Counted from the stretch's first letter, positions 9,344-19,152 are shown. The stretch: DNA of 45,178 nucleotides from a bacterium (GCA_016783645.1 JADHWD010000002.1:1-45178); one strand, 5' to 3'. Notes: generated by a model not told the origin, from the letters alone. Translations and numbers: made by a program.

Positions 9344-9351
9344 GATACTTA

Positions 9352-10836
9352 TTGAAGCTCAGCAATGTTCTTTCCGGTGTGGAAGTATTGGAGACTTCCG
9401 GATTCACCGATGACATAGAGATAACCGGATTAGCCTATGATTCCCGGCGGATTCAACCCGGTGATTTATTCTTCGCTGTAAAAGGATACAAGACTGACGG
9501 TCATAAATATATCGATGACGCCTTAAAAAAGGGCTGCGCCGCAGTGGTTCAGGAGGATAAATGGAATGACAGAGCTGAAGGATACCGTGTCAGAACCGCT
9601 GACTGCCGAACCGCAATGGCGCTGTCCGCATGTAATTTTTACCATCATCCTTCAAAAGATTTACTGTTATGTGGAATAACCGGCACTGACGGGAAGACTT
9701 CCGCCTGCCACATTCTCCGGCATATACTTAATCACCGCGGAAAAACGGGGATTATAGGCACGGTGGGAAATATATTTGAAAATCGAATATCCAAAGCTGT
9801 CCGCACCACTCCCGAAGCGGTGGATATTAACCGCACTCTGCGTGAGATGGCGGATGAAGGAGCGGCGTCAGTGGTCATGGAAGTGTCGTCACATGCGTTA
9901 GCGCTTAAACGAGTCGAAGAACTCGATTTCGATATCGCGGTCTTCACCAACCTGGCGCATGATCATCTCGATTTTCATTCGGATATGGAGGATTATTTTC
10001 AAGCCAAACTACAATTATTTAAAAACTTGAAACCTGCGGCCTGCGCCGTTATTAATATTGATGATCCCTATGGGAAGCGTATCCTGAAAGATGTCCAAGC
10101 TAAAAAATACTGTTTCTCCATGCAGGATGAAGGCGCTGATTTATATTATGAAATTCTCGAAAGCGATATAATGGGGAATCTGATGCGGTACAGATTTTCC
10201 GGCAAGGAATTGACAATCAGAGTACCCTTAATCGGATTTCCGGGAGCTTCCAATAGCGCAGCGGCGGTTTCAGCCGCTCACTGCGCCGGATGTGAAGCGG
10301 AAGAAATTGTGAAAAAGTTAGTCTCTTTCTCCGGAGTGAAAGGGCGGTTTCAAAGAATTGACTGCGGCGGTTTCACAGCTTTCACTGATTATGCGCATAC
10401 GCCTCAGGCTTTGGAACGCTTACTGCAGACAGTTAAACCCTTAACCGCGGGAAAACTTCATTTAGTGTTCGGATGCGGCGGGGACAGGGATAAAGCGAAA
10501 AGACCTTTGATGGGCGCCGCCGCTGAAAAAGCCGCGGATATGGTGTATATCACCAGCGACAATCCCCGCAGTGAAAATCCCGCTGAAATCATTAATGAAA
10601 TCCTGAAGGGTATTAAAGAAAGAAACCGTGTGCTTACAATCCCAGATAGGAGAGATGCGATAATCGAAGCTATGAATCGGTGCGAAAAAGGTGATACCGT
10701 CATCATCGCAGGCAAAGGACATGAAGATTATCAGGAAATCAACGGCGTCTTTTATCACTTCGATGACTGCGAAATCATCGAAGAGTGGCTAGGTAGGTCG
10801 GGGGCTTGTCCCCCGACAAATTGTGCGGGGGGATAA
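9352..10836 (+). CDS. murE: UDP-MurNAc-L-Ala-D-Glu:meso-DAP ligase
   Basis: GITGTDGKT, MEVSSH, DYAHTP, DNPR (meso-DAP specificity motif) and GKGHE. Confidence 0.95.
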   Translation: MKLSNVLSGVEVLETSGFTDDIEITGLAYDSRRIQPGDLFFAVKGYKTDGHKYIDDALKKGCAAVVQEDKWNDRAEGYRVRTADCRTAMALSACNFYHHPSKDLLLCGITGTDGKTSACHILRHILNHRGKTGIIGTVGNIFENRISKAVRTTPEAVDINRTLREMADEGAASVVMEVSSHALALKRVEELDFDIAVFTNLAHDHLDFHSDMEDYFQAKLQLFKNLKPAACAVINIDDPYGKRILKDVQAKKYCFSMQDEGADLYYEILESDIMGNLMRYRFSGKELTIRVPLIGFPGASNSAAAVSAAHCAGCEAEEIVKKLVSFSGVKGRFQRIDCGGFTAFTDYAHTPQALERLLQTVKPLTAGKLHLVFGCGGDRDKAKRPLMGAAAEKAADMVYITSDNPRSENPAEIINEILKGIKERNRVLTIPDRRDAIIEAMNRCEKGDTVIIAGKGHEDYQEINGVFYHFDDCEIIEEWLGRSGACPPTNCAGG

Positions 10837-10850
10837 ACCCCCCGCCTACC
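10792..10850 (+). repeat. GTAG-type REP doublet overlapping the murE 3' end
   Basis: Near-perfect reverse-complement copy at 15601-15659. Confidence 0.8.
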
Positions 10851-10922
10851 ATAACAATTATATTAGGACACCACCATAAAATCGAATAAAATATTTTCAA
10901 CATATAGACTCAAGGAAGACTC

Positions 10923-11150
10923 ATGACCAATGAAAAACCCTGCGGACATACCGCAGGAAAGTTCATAGGGGTGCAATATAATCCCCTCCGTAACGAGTAC
11001 ATATCTCTATTCAACTGCACAATCTGTAAGACCACCTTTTCCGTTCCCATCAGTGTAAATTCCAATTTGGAAAATCCATTTGAGGAGGCGGATTTTGAGC
11101 GGATTCCCGAATTCATGATAACAGAATCAGCGTTGAGGTTCGGCGCGTGA
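10923..11150 (+). CDS. Small hypothetical protein, possible zinc ribbon (CGH...CTIC)
   Basis: AGGAAG upstream; stop overlaps the murF start (GTGA), consistent with translational coupling. Confidence 0.6.
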   Translation: MTNEKPCGHTAGKFIGVQYNPLRNEYISLFNCTICKTTFSVPISVNSNLENPFEEADFERIPEFMITESALRFGA

Positions 11151-12502
11151 AAATCGGAGAAGCGGCGCGCGAATTGGGCTGGGAACTCCGCAGTGTCAAT
11201 CCTACGATGGAAATTCCCGCATTCTCCAACGACAGCCGTAATATATCCCCGGGCGAAATCTTCTGGGGACTTAAAGGGACAAGAGACGGCTGTGAATTCG
11301 CCGGAGACGCGCTTGAAAAAAGAGCCGGAGCGGTGGTCGTGAACCGCAGATGGGCGGATAAACTGCCTTCAGGCAGTCCCATCATCGTAGTATCCAATAT
11401 TGAAAAAGCCCTGGCGGCTTACGGAAGTCTCGCCCGCAGTAAATTCAAGGGCAAAGTATTCGCATTGACCGGAAGCTGTGGAAAGACCACCGTTAAAGAA
11501 CTGTTATATCAAGTTTTATCCAAAAAATACCGGGTAATCCGCAGTCAGGCAAGCTACAATAATCATATCGGAGTCCCTTTCACACTTAATTTATTGAATG
11601 ATAAGTTGGAAATAGCTGTAATTGAGATGGGCGCGAATCATCCGGGCGAAATCGCCGAATTATGCGAAATCGCCCGCCCTTCAGCCGGATTAATAACGAT
11701 GGTGGGCAGGGCGCATATGGCGGGGTTCACCACTCTCAAAGGAGTAGCGGAGGCTAAAGGCGAGCTGTTCCGGGGATTAATAGGACCGAAACTGGGATTT
11801 GTCAATTTCGATGACGCATATATAGTAGGCCAATCGGATATCCTGCCGCATCGTCTTGGCTATGGTTTCGGCCTTCCGCCGGCGGGGAAAGGATTCGCCC
11901 GGCTGTACCGCGCAGCGGAGACTTCCGATGGATTCAATCTGTTAAATAATGATTATAAATTCCCGTTCCCGCCTTTTATGATGATTCACGCCGTATCCGC
12001 CGCCGCTGTCGGGCATTTCTGGGGTGTGGAAACCGAAAATATCGCCGATGCGCTCGCCAAATTCGAAGGCTTGCCCGGCAGAATGCGCCGTATTGTAAAG
12101 GAAGGGATTATAATCTACGATGACACCTACAACTCCAATCCTTCGTCTCTTAAAGCGGCTCTACAGTATATTTCAGGTTTAAAAGCCGGCCGGAAAATCG
12201 CCGCGCTGGGAGATATGCGGGAGTTGGGAAATTACGAAGAGATGGAACATAAAGCGGCGGTCAAGCTGTTACAAGAGTTAGATTTCGATAAATGGTTCAC
12301 CTGCGGTGAAGCGTTCTCAAAAATCGAAGGCGCCTGTTATTGTTCCGATAAAGATGAGATGACGCACGAGATAGTTAAATATCTGCGGGAGGGGGATATA
12401 GTTCTCTTCAAGGGTTCGAGGGCAAACCGGATAGAACATGTCATGAATGAAGTGTTGAAGATGATAAATCCTAATGCGCCGGCGGCGCGCAACGAGACAT
12501 GA
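11147..12502 (+). CDS. murF: UDP-MurNAc-tripeptide:D-Ala-D-Ala ligase
   Basis: LTGSCGKTTVKE, NNHIGVP, EMGANH, DTYNSNP, LGDMRELG and KGSR motifs. Confidence 0.93.
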   Translation: MKIGEAARELGWELRSVNPTMEIPAFSNDSRNISPGEIFWGLKGTRDGCEFAGDALEKRAGAVVVNRRWADKLPSGSPIIVVSNIEKALAAYGSLARSKFKGKVFALTGSCGKTTVKELLYQVLSKKYRVIRSQASYNNHIGVPFTLNLLNDKLEIAVIEMGANHPGEIAELCEIARPSAGLITMVGRAHMAGFTTLKGVAEAKGELFRGLIGPKLGFVNFDDAYIVGQSDILPHRLGYGFGLPPAGKGFARLYRAAETSDGFNLLNNDYKFPFPPFMMIHAVSAAAVGHFWGVETENIADALAKFEGLPGRMRRIVKEGIIIYDDTYNSNPSSLKAALQYISGLKAGRKIAALGDMRELGNYEEMEHKAAVKLLQELDFDKWFTCGEAFSKIEGACYCSDKDEMTHEIVKYLREGDIVLFKGSRANRIEHVMNEVLKMINPNAPAARNET

Positions 12503-12584
12503 AATAGTCTCTAGGGCGACCGCAAGGGTCGCCCCTACAATATTGGATATATATTTGTAGGGGCAGACCAATGTGTCTGCCCTT
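12463..12584 (+). mobile_element. L/R cassette copy 2 (left end plus an F/GTAG REP pair; right end not recognised)
   Basis: Left end 12463-12507 overlaps the murF C-terminus; cargo nearly identical to 28169-28243. Confidence 0.6.
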
Positions 12585-12670
12585 CATTCAATAACATCAT
12601 ATCCCCAACAGGTTACGGGCTTAGCCCTTGAAACCTGCCGGGAACACAATATCGGACAAGGAAGTTCCTA

Positions 12671-13789
12671 TTGTTTTATCACCTTCTATATCCCTTGAAA
12701 GAATATATTTCCGGATTAAATATCCTGAGATATATCACCTTCAGGGCGGGATTTGCGGCTTTAGCGGCGCTGTTATTCAGCTTCATTATCGGTCCCCGGA
12801 TAATCAGATTCTTGAAAAACCATCAATTCGGTGAAGAGATCCGTTCCGATGGTCCCGCCACACACCAAAAGAAAGCCGGAACCCCGACTATGGGAGGATT
12901 GATAATAATCGCTGCCACAGTTATACCTACTTTATTATTCGCCAAACTTGACAATCTGTATGTATGGCTGACTCTGTTGGCGCTGTTATGGATGGGCGCT
13001 GTCGGATTCGCCGATGATTATCTCAAAGTGCGGATGAAAAAGAAAAAGGGATTAATCGCTAAGTACAAACTTGCCGGGCAGGTATTACTGGGGCTGATAG
13101 CGGGAGGGATTATTGTTCTTTTCGCCGAGGATTTATCGCCCAATTTCGCCCGCTATATCAATGCCACCACCATGCCGTTTTTGAAGGATACACTGATCGA
13201 TTTTGGATTATTTTATATTCCGATGATTATTTTTGTCTTGACCGCCACTTCCAACGGTGTGAACTTAAGCGACGGGCTCGACGGATTAGCGATTGGATTA
13301 GTGGGGATCATCACCGTAGCTTTAGCGGTAATGTGCTATATCACGGGAAATGTGCAGTATAGCGATTATCTTAATATCATCTACCTCCATGGTTCCGGTG
13401 AGTTGACCGTGTTTGCGGCGGCGCTTCTGGGTGCGGCTTTGGGATTTTTGTGGTACAATACCTATCCCGCCGAAGTGTTCATGGGGGACACCGGCAGTCT
13501 GGCTATCGGCAGCGCTTTAGGAATGATGTTCATCCTAATAAAGAAGGAACTTTTACTCATAATCATCGGCGGCGTATTCGCGGCGGAAGCAGCTTCCGTG
13601 CTCATTCAGACCACTTATTTCAAATACACGCGCAAAAAATTCGGCGAAGGCAGGCGGATATTCCTCATGACGCCTCTGCACCATCATTTTGAATTACTGG
13701 GATGGCCCGAAAGCAGGGTTGTTGTCAGATTCTGGATTGTTGAAATACTTTTAGTGCTAATCAGCCTGACGACATTCAAGATAAGATGA
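12671..13789 (+). CDS. mraY: Phospho-N-acetylmuramoyl-pentapeptide transferase
   Basis: GTPTMGG, GFADDY, NLSDGLDGLA, FMGDTGS and PLHHHFEL motifs. Confidence 0.97.
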   Translation: MFYHLLYPLKEYISGLNILRYITFRAGFAALAALLFSFIIGPRIIRFLKNHQFGEEIRSDGPATHQKKAGTPTMGGLIIIAATVIPTLLFAKLDNLYVWLTLLALLWMGAVGFADDYLKVRMKKKKGLIAKYKLAGQVLLGLIAGGIIVLFAEDLSPNFARYINATTMPFLKDTLIDFGLFYIPMIIFVLTATSNGVNLSDGLDGLAIGLVGIITVALAVMCYITGNVQYSDYLNIIYLHGSGELTVFAAALLGAALGFLWYNTYPAEVFMGDTGSLAIGSALGMMFILIKKELLLIIIGGVFAAEAASVLIQTTYFKYTRKKFGEGRRIFLMTPLHHHFELLGWPESRVVVRFWIVEILLVLISLTTFKIR

Positions 13790-13802
13790 AGCAACGCATT
13801 AG

Positions 13803-14009
13803 AGAAACCCTCATGCCGGCAAGCCGGCGCAACGAAGCATGAAAATAGCCTCAAGGGCGGCCGCAAGGGCCGCCCCTACATTCCCGGATGTAATTGTGGT
13901 GTCATGCGTCCCCGCATGACACTAAGGTATTGTTATTATTATATATGATATCTACTATAGAGAGTCGACACCACGTTGAATTGAATCCTAAACCCTATTT
14001 TTAAAGTAA
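13803..14009 (+). mobile_element. L/R cassette copy 3 (cargo F-A-B-J)
   Basis: Left end 13803-13848, right end ATTTTTAAAGTAA 13997-14009; colinear with 18676-18844. Confidence 0.7.
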
Positions 14010-14049
14010 ATATCTGAAAAATCTTGATAACATACGAACTGCGGTCGTC

Positions 14050-15357
14050 ATGGGTATGGGCCGATCCGGCTCTGCGGTCAGCCGCCTATTGAACCGTCAC
14101 GGCATCAATGTTATCGGTGTAGATGATGCGCCAGCCGATAGACTTAAGACACCTGTTGAAGAACTAATATCTCAGGGTGTGATGATCCATGCTCCCATAG
14201 ACATATCATTCCCGCTCGATGATGCTGATTTACTGATAGTATCTCCCGGCGTTTCCTTGGATCATTGGCTGGTCAGAAAGGCTCAATCGAAAGGTATAAA
14301 AGTCATCGGCGAATTGGAAACCGCCTCTTACTTTTTTTCCGGCAAAATAATAGCGGTCACCGGTACAAATGGCAAGAGCACCACTACGGCTTTGACAGGG
14401 CATATACTGAAAACAGCGGGTGTGGCATGTTCGGCGGCGGGCAATATAGGATTACCCTTTTCGGAAGTGGCGGATGAGCGGTTTGAGGCGGCGGTTATTG
14501 AAGTGTCGAGCTACCAGCTGGAGACAATCGATACTTTTCATCCCCATGTGGCAGTCTGGCTCAACCTTACACCCGATCATCTTGGCAGGCATGGGAGCAT
14601 GACGAACTATGCCAGCATGAAAGCCCGCATATTTTCCAATCAGAACGCTCAGGATTGGCTTGTATATAACGCCTCCGATAAGATAACGGCAGAATACTGC
14701 TCCCGCGCCGTATCGCGCCTGCTCCCATTCGATATATCCGGCGCCAGCGGAGCGGTATTGCGTGATAAAATAATCACTATTATGTCCGGCAGCGGAGAAT
14801 CCGAAGAAATACTGCCGGCGGATGAGATGTTAATAAAGGGCCGTCATAATATTGAAAACGCCTTAGCCGCTTCTGCGGCAGGCTGGGCCTACGGAATATC
14901 AGCGAAATCAATCGCTGAAGGATTGAAAACTTTCAAAGGACTGGAACACCGTCAGGAATTTGTGCGGGAGTATCATGGTGTAAGGTTCTGCAACGACTCA
15001 AAAGCCACCAATGTGGCATCCGGGATCACGGCTTTGCAAAGTATCGATGCTCCCATAATATTAATCGCCGGCGGACGAGGCAAAGGTGATAGTTTCGCAG
15101 ATGCATCGGATTTAATCAGCAAGAAAGTAAGATTAATAATCGCCATTGGCGAGACCGCAGAGCAGATTGAAAATGAATTATCATCGATCACAATAGTCAA
15201 AAGAGCGTCGGATATGAAAGAAGCGGTGAACACCGCCCTCGCTAACGCTGTGAGCGGAGATAATGTTCTGCTGTCACCCATGTGCGCATCTTTCGATATG
15301 TACGATGATTTTGAACACCGGGGGAGAGTATTTAAAGAATTGGTCAATGATTTATAA
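14050..15357 (+). CDS. murD: UDP-MurNAc-L-Ala:D-Glu ligase (true start may be the in-frame CTG at 14014)
   Basis: GMGRSG, TGTNGKSTT, NDSKATN and SPMCASFD...FEHRG motifs. Confidence 0.95.
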   Translation: MGMGRSGSAVSRLLNRHGINVIGVDDAPADRLKTPVEELISQGVMIHAPIDISFPLDDADLLIVSPGVSLDHWLVRKAQSKGIKVIGELETASYFFSGKIIAVTGTNGKSTTTALTGHILKTAGVACSAAGNIGLPFSEVADERFEAAVIEVSSYQLETIDTFHPHVAVWLNLTPDHLGRHGSMTNYASMKARIFSNQNAQDWLVYNASDKITAEYCSRAVSRLLPFDISGASGAVLRDKIITIMSGSGESEEILPADEMLIKGRHNIENALAASAAGWAYGISAKSIAEGLKTFKGLEHRQEFVREYHGVRFCNDSKATNVASGITALQSIDAPIILIAGGRGKGDSFADASDLISKKVRLIIAIGETAEQIENELSSITIVKRASDMKEAVNTALANAVSGDNVLLSPMCASFDMYDDFEHRGRVFKELVNDL

Positions 15358-15510
15358 CAGAATTTCGTCTTTCTTGAGCCTTGAGTACAGAGTCCTGACA
15401 GTGTGCCCGATAATAGCAAATGTCATTCCGAAACGGCAAAGGCTATTCGGAAACCATAGTTATTTAATAACTTAAATTAAATATGATTGTTCATCCGCTT
15501 TACAGCGGAT

Positions 15511-15741
15511 TCAGGAGAACAGACTTTAGTCTGTTCATAAAAGTTAAAGGTAATGATATTTAAGATTAGTTCCAATATTGTATTTATTTGAGGTCTTCTT
15601 GGTAGGCGGGGGGTTTATCCCCCCGTATAATTTGTTGGGGGACAAGCCCCCAACCTACCAAATTATAAGTTGAAAATTGAACTAATCTATCATATCAATA
15701 CAGTTAAACACTAAAATGTCGGACTAAAGTCCGACCTCCTG
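15511..15741. repeat. Nested palindrome mosaic: inverted CAGGAG-..GACTTTAGTC.. pair enclosing the GTAG REP doublet at 15601-15659
   Basis: 15511-15536 and 15718-15741 are imperfect reverse complements of each other. Confidence 0.6.
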
Positions 15742-15757
15742 TTCATAGGAGATATTT

Positions 15758-16960
15758 TTGCCAGTCAGGAATTATTCAGACAGATTTAAGTCCGCCATGA
15801 AAGGGGTGGCGGACCCAATTTTAATCGCTGTGGTGATTATCCTAGTGACCGCCAGCTTGGTGATAATATTCACCGCCAGTTCTGCACGCGCTTATGAACT
15901 TAAGAACAACAGCGCATATTATCTCTATCTGCAGTTTATCAGGGTGATAATCGGAGTTGTGTTTCTGCTAATTTTAAGCCGTTTGAATTATCGTAAGTTG
16001 AAATATGCGGGACATTTACTGCTCATCGTATCTCTCGCCGCTTTAATCTACATCCTTATTCCCGGCGCGGTGGAGGAGGTCAAAGGCGCCCGCAGGGCTA
16101 TTATAATCTTTGGTATCAGCTTCCGCCCTTCTGAACTGGCAAGATTCGCTGTGATTATATATCTCGCTTCATCGGTTTCATATTGGGGAGAGGAATTGGA
16201 TAATTGGGGCGGATATCTTAAAAGATTGATAATCATTCTGGGAATCGCAGGATTGATCATATTCCAGCCGGATTTATCCACCAGTATGATGTTCACTGCG
16301 ATTTCCCTGGCGGTTTTATATATCGGCGGCGCAAAGATGCGGCATCTCCTTTGCACAGGCTTTCTGCTTATTCCTGTTATATGGTATAAAATCGCTCATT
16401 CTCATTATCAATGGGACCGGATAATACAGTACCGGGACAGCCTTCTGCATCCGGAAAAAACGGGATATCAGGTCAAACAGTCATTGATAGGTTTGGGCGA
16501 CGGCGGTATCATCGGATTAGGATTGGGCGGCAGTAACCAAAAACAATTCTATCTCCCGGAGCCTTTCAGCGACTTCGTCTTCTCAATATTAGGCGAAGAA
16601 TTCGGTTTCCTCGGCACCAGCGCCGCAATCATTCTCTTTTTAGTGATAGCGTGGCGCGGTATAATAATCGCCCGAAACGCTCCTGACAAATTCGGTTTTA
16701 TACTTGCCGCCGGATTGACAACTTCAATAACGCTCTACGCGTTTGTCAACCTCTGTGTGGTGACCGGGATTCTGCCTGCCACCGGGCTGCCGCTTCCCTT
16801 CTTGTCTTACGGAGGATGCTCCCTGATCATAAATCTCGCTATGGTGGGGATTCTTCTCAATATCTCCCGCCAGCAGGGAGTGAAGATAAAGGACAGCCGT
16901 TATAAAAAACCTGCGGCTAAACCTAATAAAAACAGCGGGAAATACTTACTGCCAAAATAA
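15758..16960 (+). CDS. ftsW: SEDS peptidoglycan polymerase FtsW
   Basis: KGARR, RPSELAR, QPDL, GYQVKQS, SDFVFS...EEFG and TGLPLPFLSYGG motifs. Confidence 0.93.
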   Translation: MPVRNYSDRFKSAMKGVADPILIAVVIILVTASLVIIFTASSARAYELKNNSAYYLYLQFIRVIIGVVFLLILSRLNYRKLKYAGHLLLIVSLAALIYILIPGAVEEVKGARRAIIIFGISFRPSELARFAVIIYLASSVSYWGEELDNWGGYLKRLIIILGIAGLIIFQPDLSTSMMFTAISLAVLYIGGAKMRHLLCTGFLLIPVIWYKIAHSHYQWDRIIQYRDSLLHPEKTGYQVKQSLIGLGDGGIIGLGLGGSNQKQFYLPEPFSDFVFSILGEEFGFLGTSAAIILFLVIAWRGIIIARNAPDKFGFILAAGLTTSITLYAFVNLCVVTGILPATGLPLPFLSYGGCSLIINLAMVGILLNISRQQGVKIKDSRYKKPAAKPNKNSGKYLLPK

Positions 16961-16974
16961 AACGGAATATTTAT

Positions 16975-17053
16975 GTGCTGTCAACCCTCTGCGGTCGACA
17001 GCATTTCCTTAAAACACAAATAAATTGTGCCGGCTGCGGAGAGTCGACACCAC
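16975..17053. repeat. Inverted pair of module B (GTGTCGACT..AGTCGACACCAC family)
   Basis: Related to 6289-6317, about 13946-13974 and about 18768-18794. Confidence 0.6.
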
Positions 17054-17087
17054 ATCTTTATTCTAATCGAAGCTTACAGGCAATTAG

Positions 17088-18188
17088 TTGAATAATATCC
17101 GCGTCCATATCGCCGGCGGCGGGACCGGCGGGCACTTATTCCCGGCGTTAGCGGTGGCGCAGGAACTAAGGAACAGAGGTGTCCGGGATATTGAATTTTT
17201 CGGTACGAGTTTCGGACCGGAAGCGAGGATAGTCCCCGCAAACGGATATAAACTAAACAGAATCTGGATAAAAGGATATCCCCGGAAACTGAAGCCGGAA
17301 GTTCTTCTTCTTCCATTGAAAATCAAGGTATCCATCATACAATGCCTGTCTGCCATGCTGAGATTCAAGCCGGATGTTTTGCTTGCCACCGGCGGATATG
17401 TATGCCTCCCGTTCATGCTGGCGGGGAAGATTTTAGGGAAACCTTTGATAATTCATGAACAGAACAGCCTGCCGGGAATCACCACCAGAATCGGAGCGCG
17501 ATGGGCGGATACTCTGTTTTACAGCTTCCCGCACAGCGCGAAACACTTCACTAAACACAAGGACTGCCGGTTAAGCGGGAATCCGGTCCGAAGCGGATTG
17601 GGAGAATTGAATAAGAGTGAAGCGCTAAATGAGTTAAGACTTGACAGCGGACGGAAAACTATTTTAGTTTTCGGCGGCAGTCAGGGCGCTAAAAGTATCA
17701 ATAATGCGGTTTCGGAAATAATTGATGATCTCACAACAAAATACAATCTGATATGGCAGACCGGGCGGGGAAACCGGCAGGAAATCAATCTGCCCCGCAA
17801 TGTGATAACGGCGGAGTTTTTCGATAATATAGGACTATTATATTCAGCGGCGGATTTAGCGGTATGCCGGTCCGGCGCGATGACTTTGGCTGAATTAGCC
17901 GCAGTGGGATTACCGGCAATTCTCATCCCCTTCCCTTACGCCGCTGAAGACCACCAGAGAATCAACGCTGAACCGATAGCCGAAGCGGGCGCGGCAAAAT
18001 TATTATTGGATAAAGAATTGAACGGCGCAATATTGCTTAATACTATACAAGAATTATTCAGCGATTCAGAAGCGGTTGAAAAAATGTCCCAAAAAATAAA
18101 GGAGTTTCATCATCCGGATGCCGCCGCATTGATTTCCGCGAGAATCATAGAAATAGCGGAGAGGAAAGATGCTCATTATCGGATATAG
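17088..18188 (+). CDS. murG: Lipid II N-acetylglucosaminyltransferase
   Basis: GGGTGGHLFPA, HEQN, GNPVR, GGSQGA, RSGAMT and HQRINA motifs. Confidence 0.96.
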   Translation: MNNIRVHIAGGGTGGHLFPALAVAQELRNRGVRDIEFFGTSFGPEARIVPANGYKLNRIWIKGYPRKLKPEVLLLPLKIKVSIIQCLSAMLRFKPDVLLATGGYVCLPFMLAGKILGKPLIIHEQNSLPGITTRIGARWADTLFYSFPHSAKHFTKHKDCRLSGNPVRSGLGELNKSEALNELRLDSGRKTILVFGGSQGAKSINNAVSEIIDDLTTKYNLIWQTGRGNRQEINLPRNVITAEFFDNIGLLYSAADLAVCRSGAMTLAELAAVGLPAILIPFPYAAEDHQRINAEPIAEAGAAKLLLDKELNGAILLNTIQELFSDSEAVEKMSQKIKEFHHPDAAALISARIIEIAERKDAHYRI

Positions 18189-18384
18189 AATTCATCGGAG
18201 TTGATTTAACCCCATTGCGCCGTCAACGCATAGCGGAGCAGGAAAATAGTAAGACCTCTTCAGAGTCGAGATCATACGACTTATTTGCATAGAAAACACC
18301 TAATCTTTATACTGAATTCAGTTTCATAACCGAGTAATCGGCTGTTATTGATATTATATACTTATATATATCGGAGGGTTTTCA

Positions 18385-18510
18385 ATGGCTAAGCGAAGAA
18401 GGCGGATGAAGCCGCGGGAAAAAAAGCAGTTACTCTTGACAGTAGTTTTAAGTGTCGTCACAGCATTAATTTTAATTTATTTTTTTCAATGCTTTGAACC
18501 GAACTTCTAA
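18385..18510 (+). CDS. 41-aa single-pass membrane microprotein (not in the ORF track)
   Basis: GGAGG RBS at 18373-18377; MAKRRRRMKPREKKQLLLTVVLSVVTALILIYFFQCFEPNF. Confidence 0.65.
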   Translation: MAKRRRRMKPREKKQLLLTVVLSVVTALILIYFFQCFEPNF

Positions 18511-18545
18511 CCTTATTAATTCAAGAATTTAACAAGGATGTACAG

Positions 18546-18844
18546 GATAAACCCTCATGCGCCGGCAGCGCACAACTTAACATGAAAATAGTTCGACCCC
18601 TTCAGGGTCGTCAAGATTAATGTTCTTCTTCCGTAGGTTTCACCTACGGCTATTCATATTTTTCCCCTTCGGGGAAGGGCGGCCGCAAGGGCCGCCCCTA
18701 CATTCCCGGATGTAAGTGTGGTGTCATGCGTCCCCGCATGACACTAAGACATTGTTATTATTGTATATGGTGTCAACTACGGAGAGTCGAACCATATTGA
18801 ACTAAACCATAGACCCCAGCCCCTAAACCCTATTTTCAAGATAA
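18546..18844 (+). mobile_element. L/R cassette copy 4 (cargo E-F-A-B-J) with direct repeat GATAAAC at both junctions
   Basis: GATAAAC at 18546-18552 and 18840-18846; removing the cassette restores the tandem ACAGGATAA-ACAGGATAA. Confidence 0.8.
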
Positions 18845-18932
18845 ACAGGATAAATCTTTTATTTTTAAAGTTATATAGTCTAAATTTTCAGATTCGGACT
18901 TGGAATTTTAATAAATTTTAGTTGTTTGACAA

Positions 18933-19004
18933 GGCAGGATTGAGGCAATTCTGCCTCCACGGAGAGCGCTCTTCTTGTGGATCCGGGATTGTCTCAATCC
19001 CGGC
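18933..19004. repeat. Inverted pair of module G (GGGATTGAGACAATCCC family)
   Basis: Related copies at 6590-6616 and 32508-32534. Confidence 0.65.
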
Positions 19005-19152
19005 GTTATGCGCTTCACAATGCTATAATGTGACTGAATTTTGAATCCTGTAAATCCTGTATATCCGTAGTTAATTTATGAGTAATTCAGGTTAAGAAGG
19101 TAAAATAAAATATTTCCGTATATTTCAGTATGGAAATTGATTACAGGCTTAA

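Noticed and set aside
242-18303. TTAGGTGT (242) and ACACCTAA (about 18296) as ends of one large element
   Set aside because: Only 8 bp match, 18 kb apart, enclosing core genes, with no TSD or transposase; at most they are solo relics.
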